A program made the translations under genes and the position numbers. The notes beneath the pieces are model-generated. The model saw only the letters and a list, made by a program, of their open reading frames with translations. It searched no databases and had not been told where the DNA came from. A DNA stretch of 64,000 bases, taken from the NCBI GenBank assembly GCA_002689385.1, contig NZFX01000015.1, positions 5,847 to 69,846 of the forward strand, read 5' to 3'. Shown here piece after piece: positions 37,733-45,687 of this stretch. Positions within the stretch are counted from its first letter, which is position 1. Every line of letters starts with the position of its first letter. Source of the DNA: Phycisphaerae bacterium (GTDB taxonomy: Bacteria; Planctomycetota; Phycisphaerae; Phycisphaerales; SM1A02).

Positions 37733-38873
37733 TTGTTTTTGTTAACTGCGAAAGTTGCTCAGGCGAGTACAAAGGGAACGCCCAGCTTCGTCGAGATGCA
37801 ACCTTGTTTGCACGTTGCAAAAGCGCAATATCAGGCTTGGCACCGTGTTGTCTAAACCATGCATGCATTGCAAGAAACTGCAACCTTCTTTCTGGCGAAC
37901 CATATGGTGCTTGTTCAATAGCATGCAAGAAATGCTCTGGAGACGAAAAATATGCGTGGCGAGCTTCATCAACCGTTTCGACTTGCAATGGCAAACATAC
38001 GTTTGCCGTTTGCATAACCATTGGGCACGGCGTTATGCCAAGCCACTTAGATGCCCAGGCTTCCATAATCCTGTCGTACGCAAAACCGCCTGTACCGTGC
38101 ACGAAGATATCACCAAGAACTACTCGTGCCAAAAGCGTCAACAATAAAGCGCGGGGGCGTAGGTCACCACAGTTAACCGAATTGCCCGAAACCACTGATA
38201 CCCTAGAATTCTGCTTGCCCTGCCAAATCGGTAATTCACCTTTTGCCAAATACGCAATGCCGCAATCAGGGAACATGTCTATTGCATTGTTATATGCAGC
38301 AATGCATGCTTCGGGCCTTTGTTGCATATCGCGTAGTATCCCCTTGCCAAAATCTGTTTTCAAAAGATCTGTTCCTGCGATGCAATAGCCGACTGTCGCA
38401 TACTGCGCCATCAATGCACTCGTGGCATTTGCAAATTGCATCGCAAGATTTTCGCCCTCAGCGTTTTGCAAAGCCAAACAAAACAGGCTGTTGCCTTGCT
38501 TTTCTGTCCTTTGTTGATCTTTCATCGCGATATTCGTGTCGACATTCGCAACAACCATTTCTTTCGTGGAAAGGTACGTGCCCGTTTCGTCTGGAACTTC
38601 TACAACGCCACTCGTTCCTATGTAATGATCAACGACGAGGTGCACAAGAGCACCTGAAACTTCCGTAGAAAGCGTGCTGCCGGCAATAAATTTTGCGAGT
38701 ATGCCAGGATGAAAAAACTCTGGCTGGTGCCCGACAACAACAAGTGGCTTGTCAGGTAATCCTAATTGTATGCGTGCGGACTCTCTCCACGATGTCAACT
38801 GCCTATTGAAGAGTACGCCTTGCGGCGCACCCATCAGTGCTGACCATTTTTGGATTGGCGGATCCGCTAGCAA
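37701..38873 (-). CDS. hypothetical protein with weak BshC-like motifs
   Basis: 390 aa. VVGHQPEFFHPGILAKFI and LRPRALLLTLLARVVLGDIFVHGTGGFAYD loosely recall the BshC motifs VVGGQQAGLLTGPLYTIHK and [24 protein letters not shown], in the same order. Start overlaps the GT2 stop by 7 nt. Confidence 0.3.
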   Translation of the reverse strand: MLADPPIQKWSALMGAPQGVLFNRQLTSWRESARIQLGLPDKPLVVVGHQPEFFHPGILAKFIAGSTLSTEVSGALVHLVVDHYIGTSGVVEVPDETGTYLSTKEMVVANVDTNIAMKDQQRTEKQGNSLFCLALQNAEGENLAMQFANATSALMAQYATVGYCIAGTDLLKTDFGKGILRDMQQRPEACIAAYNNAIDMFPDCGIAYLAKGELPIWQGKQNSRVSVVSGNSVNCGDLRPRALLLTLLARVVLGDIFVHGTGGFAYDRIMEAWASKWLGITPCPMVMQTANVCLPLQVETVDEARHAYFSSPEHFLHAIEQAPYGSPERRLQFLAMHAWFRQHGAKPDIALLQRANKVASRRSWAFPLYSPEQLSQLTKTITGYAVPKFS

Positions 38874-39604
38874 GGCACATGCGCTCGCGCGTGTGGAAGT
38901 TTTGCTTCATTTTTGCGAAGTTCATTGCAGAGAATCGCTCGGTAATGGTCGAGGCGTTTGACAGGGTCATCAAGTTGACCGCCAAATGTTCTATTGGGGT
39001 CGTTGTAAATCATCCGAACTGGAATCTCGCAAATCCGTAACTTGCGCGCCGCTGCTTGGACCCAGAATTGAATAGGGAATGCATATCCATTTACGTCAAA
39101 ATCGAACGCATCAAGTGTTGAAACTCGGTACGCCTTAAATCCACAAAAAGCATCTGTGATGTCGATGCCCAAGGCATCGTGTAATTCTTGGGTGACTTGC
39201 CTATTGATTGCTTGTCGTTCTTTTGGTGGCATATCATTCTCGGGGTGCAGTTCTACATAGCGACTTCCTGAAATGATGTCGGAATCATCTTGCGCAATAC
39301 GTTCCACGAATTTTGGAATGGAAGCTGGTTCGTGCTGTTCATCGCAATCCATAGTGATAAGCCAATCAAAATTATCCACTGATGCCCAGCGGAACATGTC
39401 TTGCAACGACCTGCCATACCCCCGATTTTCAGAGTGCCTGATGACTTCAACTTTATGTCCTGCGAGCAACGCAGGCGTTAGGTCATTTGAGCCATCATCA
39501 ACTACCAAAACATCATCTGCGTATTTGCAAACCTCGCTCAGAACAGAGTTTATGTACTTCGCTTCGTTATATACCGGTATTCCAATCAATATTCGCATCC
39601 CCAT
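38867..39604 (-). CDS. family 2 glycosyltransferase (dolichyl/polyprenyl-phosphate sugar synthase-like)
   Basis: MRILIGIPVYNEAKYINSVLSEV...VLVVDDGSNDLT...ENRGYG...MDCDEQHEP (DxD-type) are typical GT2 motifs. Confidence 0.8.
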   Translation of the reverse strand: MGMRILIGIPVYNEAKYINSVLSEVCKYADDVLVVDDGSNDLTPALLAGHKVEVIRHSENRGYGRSLQDMFRWASVDNFDWLITMDCDEQHEPASIPKFVERIAQDDSDIISGSRYVELHPENDMPPKERQAINRQVTQELHDALGIDITDAFCGFKAYRVSTLDAFDFDVNGYAFPIQFWVQAAARKLRICEIPVRMIYNDPNRTFGGQLDDPVKRLDHYRAILCNELRKNEAKLPHARAHVPC

Positions 39605-39631
39605 ATTGTACTACACTTCCAACGCCCCCTC

Positions 39632-39734
39632 AAAGTGACTGTCACTTTAAAAAACAAAAAGTGAATGACGTTAAGCACAATGAACGCAACAGGTTACATG
39701 CGTGACTGTCATTTTGAAAAATTAAAAGTGATTC
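39632..39734. promoter_or_regulatory. cluster of AAAGTGA / GTGACTGTCA palindromic sites upstream of the GT2 operon
   Basis: Perfect 17-bp palindrome aaagtgactgtcacttt (39632-39648). Related sites aaaagtgaatgac (39657-39669), gtgactgtcatttt (39702-39715) and aaaagtgattc (39724-39734). All lie within 130 nt upstream of the ATG at 39604. Confidence 0.5.
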
Positions 39735-39744
39735 GGAGGTATTG

Positions 39745-39773
39745 AAAAAAGGGCCCTGCATAAGCAGAGCCCT
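39745..39773 (-). terminator. rho-independent terminator after the 927-aa protease gene
   Basis: Minus-sense GGGCTCTGC-TTAT-GCAGGGCCC followed by TTTTTT. Lies 35 nt downstream of the stop at 39808. Confidence 0.8.
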
Positions 39774-39807
39774 TTCGAGAAATCACGTAAGAAGTAATCA
39801 GCGAATA

Positions 39808-42519
39808 TCAATCACAATCACCGCCATCGTTACCAAATTCAGTGCAGTTAAGGAAAATAGCAACGCCTGCAGGACCACCGTAGCCATAATCTGAAGGGAT
39901 ATACGCGCCATCATCACAGTAGCCATCGCCAGCCCAATCAGTGTAGACGGCGTCTTCGAAACAAGTACCAACACAGTCGGCTGTATAGCCCGCTTCACAA
40001 CCACCGCAAGGGTCGTCGGCACAGGTTGAACCGTCGCCTAAGTATGCACCGCCAGCTGCAGAGCAATCTGCCGCTGTACCTGTTGAGCAAGAAGCACCAA
40101 CACAGCACGCGCCTGTTGGGTCTCCACCGCCATCGCAGTCACCACCGTCGTTGCCAAAAGCGTCGCAGTTAAGCCATATAGCTACGCCTGCTGGGCATTC
40201 AGTACAACCATAGTCGGCAGGAATATAGGCACCATCATCGCAATACCCGTCTCCTACCCACGCAGCGTAGACATCATCAGGGAAGCAAGTGCCTTGGCAG
40301 TCAGCCGTCCAGCCAGCTTCACATTCACCGCCGCCACCGCATGGGTCGCCAGCACAGGAAGTGTCGTTGCCTTGGTATGCACCACCGATGCCTTCGCATT
40401 CAGTAGCAGTCCTGACATCACAGTCGTTCGCTGCACAGCAAGCGCCAGTTGGATCGCCGCCACCTTGGCATGGGCCCCAACCATCGATAACAAGAAGAAG
40501 GTCAGCAACACCAACAATACCGTCACCGTTGAGGTCCGCTGCAGAATCTGCAGTGCCCCAAACACCAACCATAGCGAGAATATCAGACACATCAACGACG
40601 CCATCGCCAGTGATGTCAGCGGCACACGTTGATGGCGAACCACAAGTGTCCGCGCCACAAGCTGTGTTGTCGCCATTGTACTCACCGCTGTTCGCTGTAC
40701 ATTCCACTTCCGTTATTACGAAGCAGTCTGTACCAAAACAGCAAGCGCCCGTTGGATCGCCACCGCTACTGCAATCGGTGCAGTCGCCGCCATCGCACTG
40801 GAATTGGTCGCAATTCAAGAAAATCGCTACGCCAGCAGGACCGCCATATCCAAAATCTGCAGGAATGTATGCACCATTGTCACAATACGTATCTGCAATC
40901 CATTCTGTATACACAGTGTCTTCAAAGCATGTTCCAGCGCAGTCTGGTGAGTAACCGACTTCGCAACCACCATTTGTGCAGCTGTCTGCGCCACAAGTCG
41001 TGTTGTCGCCTTGGTAGGTACCGCCAGCTGTGCTGCAGCCCGCTTGCGTCATTGAAGAACATGTTTCGCCAACACAGCATGCACCTTCAGGTGCACCGCC
41101 GCATGGGTAACTGGTACATGAAACATAGTCGCCTTGGTAAGAACCGCCTATTGATGAACAATCGGCTTGCGTTCCATAGGTACAGCTTTGACCAATACAG
41201 CAAGCGCCGGAAGGATCACCCCCACCACCTGGAACGAGTGTGTCTGTTGTTTGTGCGCCTGATCCTATTGGGTCAAGCCACGAACTCAAACTACTTGAAC
41301 TTCCACCGTCCCATGAAAGGTTTAGTGAACGTCCGTAGTAATCGTTTAAGTCGTTAGGGCAATACGATGAACCACAACAAAGTTGGCCAACAACTCTATG
41401 GTTGCCATCGTATAAAGGCGAACCAGATGAACCAGGAGCAGTTCGTCCTTCGCCCCAATTAACATCCCAATATTCACCGCTCGCTTGAACAGTGTCTGGG
41501 AATGAAATTCGTTTTTCAGCTGCTTCAGGGTGATGGATACCTGCACCAAGGGAAGCTGAGCCTGCACGTGACCAACCAGAATAGGTTACACCGTACGCAG
41601 CGTCTGGATTCGATGACAACTCAGTCAACGTAAAGTCAGTATACGAACGAGTCGCACGCATAGTCGACCCAGAAGTAAACTGGTTAAAACTGCCATCGCC
41701 ATTTCCACCGCTATCATTACTGCCTGGAGTTCGACAGTAACTATTTTGGTAGTTCCAATACACAACTATCGACGAGTCACTACTCGATGTAATACCGCAA
41801 TGATTCGCCGTAAGAAAATATGGAGTCATGTCTTGCGTAGTGTTATTCATCATCACGCCAGTGCAAGTTAAGTAACCATTCAATGTGTAGACACCGACTG
41901 AAGGAATTTCGTCCCACCATGCGTTGCCTTCTGAACACATAACATCAATGTTGCATGATTCCGAAGACCCACGACCGGATGCGTCTCGCACCCAGCGATA
42001 ACCAGAGTTGATTGAAGTAAGTTCAATGCCTTTGACAATGTGGCCTTTTTGGTTATTGTCCACAACAATCTCAATCACAACTTCGTTGCCAGGAACAACA
42101 GGTGTCCATAATTGACCGTGCGATTTATTGTCGTCTGCGGTGAATGAGCGAATTCTAAAGTCACCACTTGCGTCAGTGATTGCCATGGAACCGCTTGATG
42201 GCATGTTGTACCGACCAAAACCAACGTTCATGGAGAGTGCATTTTCGCAACTCACTCGTAATGTCCAACGCTGCGAGTTAATATCCACACGTTCCCAAAT
42301 ACCATCCGTTGCAGGTGTTATTGAGGTCTTAGTAGGAACAGCAAAAGCAGGTGCTTGACCTGCTGTTGCTCGTTTTTCATCTTGCTTAAAAAGCGAAGAG
42401 TAATGTAAATTGTCGACTGTTACGATTGGAACCATTTCCCTTGGCAAACTGCTTGCCGTTGGCTCGAGGGCTGGTCCGGCGGTACATATCGCGGTAAGTA
42501 ATACTGAGATCATTGTCAT
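39808..42519 (-). CDS. secreted Lys-C / Achromobacter protease I-like serine endopeptidase (peptidase S1 fold) with pro-region and long C-terminal array of Cys-rich modules plus an internal dockerin-like segment
   Basis: Catalytic core YFLTANHCG (His), YTDFTLTEL (Asp), [10 protein letters not shown] (Ser). [32 protein letters not shown] and SLSSWLDP closely track my memory of lysyl endopeptidase ([44 protein letters not shown]). Signal peptide [15 protein letters not shown]; likely start at ATG 42519 or 42513 with AAGGAG upstream. The track ORF starts at 42591. Confidence 0.8.
   Translation of the reverse strand: [903 protein letters not shown]
39811..41220 (-). repeat. in-frame coding repeat array: 5 x ~36-aa GACC module, 3 x ~62-aa LNR-like module, 1 dockerin-like pair
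   Basis: A modules follow GACC.G..C...T...C...GG.YQGD...C....C (aa 462-497, 503-538, 615-650, 716-751, 827-862). B modules follow CE.[24 protein letters not shown].DYG....AGVAI.LNC..F.NDGGDC (aa 543-604, 757-819, 865-926). Dockerin-like segment at aa 656-708. Linkers GGDPT recur. Confidence 0.85.
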
Positions 42520-42736
42520 AACTCCTTGTCTCCTGAATATGTTGTATAAACGAGCACAGCCGCGCACGTGCGTGAAGAAGATGCCCGCCAATCTCTATTA
42601 ATACTCTATATTAATACGTTATTCGTATAACTAACTTGAGTTGGTTGCAATAAAAAGCGGAAAAATACACAGATTCTCCAGATTTATGCTGTTTTTTACC
42701 CCTTTCTAAGCAGTTCTTCTAAAATCAAACTCTTCG

Positions 42737-43783
42737 ATGCCAAGACTTACTCTCCAACCAGAACGCATAGTTAAGAGCGAACACCACCGCCTCCAGAGGC
42801 AAATGATTACCTCTGCCGTCATTTTGATTGGCGTAACAATCATTTCCACTATTGGTTTTATTCTTACGGGCCGGTACGAAGGCACCATGTCCTATCAAAT
42901 TATCGAAGGGTTGTGGGACACATTAAATTTGGTCTCGACGGTTGGCAATCTCGACGAGTTAACTACGGGGCAAAAAATTTGGGGCATGGCTGTTATTACA
43001 GTTGGACTTGGAGCAGTGCTGTATGGTTTTAGCACTATGCAGGGTTTAATCCATGGCAAAGATATGTACAGACAATGGGAGCAAAGAAAAATGAAACAGA
43101 AACTTGATGCAATGAAAAATCATGTCGTGATTTGTGGCTACGGGCATGTCGGAAGGCGAACAGCTGAAGAACTACGCAAAACAAACGTGCAAGTTGTCAT
43201 TATCGAAAACAATACCCATACTGCACAGACTGCAAGTGACGACGGGTTCCTCGTTATCGAAGCCGATGCAACAGATGGAGACCTCCCTCTTCATCAAGCG
43301 CAAATCACTAGTGCCACTGGCATCATCGCCGCACTTTCGGAGGATTCTAAAAATGTTTTTATCTGTATGGTTGCACGCGAACTCAACAGCAAGATACGAA
43401 TTATTGCCAGGGGTGAACATGAGTCTTCAAAGCAATGGCTTGAGCGCGCTGGCGCAAACGACGTCGTTATTCCAGGCGAGTCTGCAGCAAACCTGCTTGC
43501 ATCTTTATTGACCTCTCCGCACTTACACGAATTCTTTTCACAAATTGCCCTTCGAGGCGAACACATGATGGTGGAAGTGTCACTGAATGACCACCCTGAA
43601 GCAGAAGGAAAGATGCTCGAAGAATTACTGATACACAAACAACATAATGGCGTTGTTATGTCTGTCCGTTCACTAAACGGTGAGCATTTTTTCAACCCTC
43701 CATCAGACAGAACACTCACAAAAGAAGACTCGCTTCTGTTGCTTGTGCCAAGCGATTTTAATCAGTCTGCAACGCTCGTGTAA
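42737..43783 (+). CDS. 2-TM ion channel with cytoplasmic RCK/TrkA-N domain (MthK-like), non-canonical pore filter
   Basis: TM1 ITSAVILIGVTIISTIGFIL. Pore LWDTLNLVSTVGNLDE. TM2 IWGMAVITVGLGAVLYGF. Rossmann VVICGYGHVGRRTAEEL plus a TrkA-C-like end. Confidence 0.8.
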   Translation: MPRLTLQPERIVKSEHHRLQRQMITSAVILIGVTIISTIGFILTGRYEGTMSYQIIEGLWDTLNLVSTVGNLDELTTGQKIWGMAVITVGLGAVLYGFSTMQGLIHGKDMYRQWEQRKMKQKLDAMKNHVVICGYGHVGRRTAEELRKTNVQVVIIENNTHTAQTASDDGFLVIEADATDGDLPLHQAQITSATGIIAALSEDSKNVFICMVARELNSKIRIIARGEHESSKQWLERAGANDVVIPGESAANLLASLLTSPHLHEFFSQIALRGEHMMVEVSLNDHPEAEGKMLEELLIHKQHNGVVMSVRSLNGEHFFNPPSDRTLTKEDSLLLLVPSDFNQSATLV

Positions 43784-43816
43784 AAACTGTCAAGCGCATT
43801 CTTGCCTACAGTTACC

Positions 43817-43852
43817 AATCCTAAGGGTTAAACGACCCGCGGGATTGTTTAA
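43817..43852. repeat. copy 2 of the conserved ~35-nt stem-loop element (aatcc..ttaaacgacccgcgggattgtttaa) at the channel/protease convergent junction
   Basis: See copy 1 at 4216-4249. Overlaps the stop codon (43849-43851) of the protease gene. Confidence 0.6.
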
Positions 43853-45561
43853 CAAGGACCCCAGCCATCAATCAAGATGAGAAGGTCCGCGACATTTACT
43901 GTGCCGTCTGTGTTGACATCTGCATCAGCGTTGTTAGTTCCCCATGCGCCAACAAGTGTAAGGATGTCGCTCACATCAGTTGTGCCATCACCATTTACAT
44001 CGGATGCACAATCAGGCGGAAAACAATTCGCGTCTGCGCAAGTTGTGTCGTTGCCTTGATAGACACCGCCGCCAACGTTGCAGTTTGATGATGAAACGAC
44101 AACACATGTTTGCGCTGCTTCAATACAACAAGCGCCAATAGACAATTGGCAATCAGTACTTACACATGCAGTTGCGTCGCCTTGGTAATCACCACCGCCA
44201 GAAATGCATTGCGCTTCACGCAATTCAAGGCACGCACCAGCGGCTTGAATGCAACACGCGCCAACTGGCGCGGCTGCTGGGTTGTACGTATCAAGGTACT
44301 GAGCATTAGACCCAGTCGGATCAAGCCAGGAACTTAAACTGCTTGAAGCACTTCCACTCCAAGAAAGTCCAAGGGACCGACCGTAATAATCATTGGCGTC
44401 ATTCCCGCAAGCAGCTGAACCACAACAGAGTTGCCCAACGATTCTATGGTTACTGTCATAGAGAGGTGAACCAGATGAGCCTGGTTCTGTCGTGCCTTCT
44501 GCCCAGTTCACGTTCCAGTATTCGCCGCTTGCTGAACTGTAGTCAGGAATGGAAATCCTTTTTTCCGCTGTTGACGGGTGATGAATACCCGCACCAACGC
44601 CACTAGTACTTGAAGAACGAGACCAACCTGACCATGTAACTTCCCATGATGCGTTTGGTGCAGATGACAATTCTGTCAAGGTAAAGTCTGTGTAACTACG
44701 TGTTGCTCGCATAGTAGAACCGGAAGTGAATTGGCTCAATGGACCATTACCATTGCTGCCACTATCACCACTTCCGGGTGTTCGACAGTAGGAGTTTTGG
44801 TAATTCCAATACACCACGATGGATGAATCTGAACTGCTCGTTAGCCCGCAATGGTTTGCCGTTAGAAAGTACGGGGTTTGGTCTTGTGCTGTATTGTTAA
44901 TCATGGCTCCGGTACAAGTCCAGAACCCACTAAGTGTGTACACGCCAACGGATGGGATTTCATCCCACCAGTCATCGCCAGTTGAACAAAGCACATCAAT
45001 ATTGCATGCACCAGAAGATCCACGACCTTCGTTACTTTTAAATCCTCGATACCCTGCATTAATCGAACCAAGTTCTATTGCGTGCAACAATTCTTTTTGT
45101 TCATCTACATCAACAACAATTTCAATGATCACTTCGTTTGAAGGAACAATAGGTGTCCACAATTCGCCGTGATCTTTATTATCCTCGGATGTAAATGGTC
45201 GAATTTGAAAATTGCCCGCTGTGCTTGTAATTGTCAACGTGCCACTTTGTGGCATGGTGTATTTTGAGAAGCCAAGATTCATCGAGCGAGCATTTTCGCA
45301 TCGCAACCGGTACGACCACCGCATTGTTGAATCGTGCAGGCGTTCCCAAATTCCGTGAGAAGCGGGAGTAATAGAGACAAGTGTCGGTTGAGCAAAATGC
45401 AACGGCGCACCGTTTTTATCACGCTCAATATCATCTTCAAACAATGTTGCGTAATCAAGTGGCGCCACTTCCTTCACTGGAATGACTTCGATTGGAAGTC
45501 GTGCCTCAGCAGACATCAGAGATGCTGAACAAAACGTAGATATAATTAGAGCACTAAACAT
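43849..45561 (-). CDS. secreted Lys-C / Achromobacter protease I-like serine endopeptidase, shorter paralog (2 GACC modules plus C-terminal dockerin-like segment)
   Basis: Same pro-region and core as 39808-42519 ([36 protein letters not shown]). C-terminus [45 protein letters not shown]. Signal peptide [20 protein letters not shown] from ATG 45559-45561. Confidence 0.8.
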   Translation of the reverse strand: [570 protein letters not shown]

Positions 45562-45687
45562 GTTTGGTTTTTCCTTTAAAATGGCGCATGCGCCAAAAGC
45601 CTCAAGTACATCAAGAATAGGGAAAAACATCCGTATTGCAAAACAAAAAGTTCCAAATACTTGAAAAAAGTTGCCGCGCGTTGCTAG

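Noticed and set aside
39811-41220. Repetitive DNA that might be taken for a CRISPR-like or satellite array
   Set aside because: The repeats are in-frame protein modules (36 and 62 aa) with diverged nucleotide sequence and variable spacing, inside one continuous ORF. There are no short identical direct repeats with unique spacers.
39808-45561. Protease paralogues as a recent duplication or mobile-element-borne cassette
   Set aside because: The nucleotide sequences differ at most synonymous sites even where the proteins are identical. No transposase, integrase, inverted terminal repeats or tRNA target is present.
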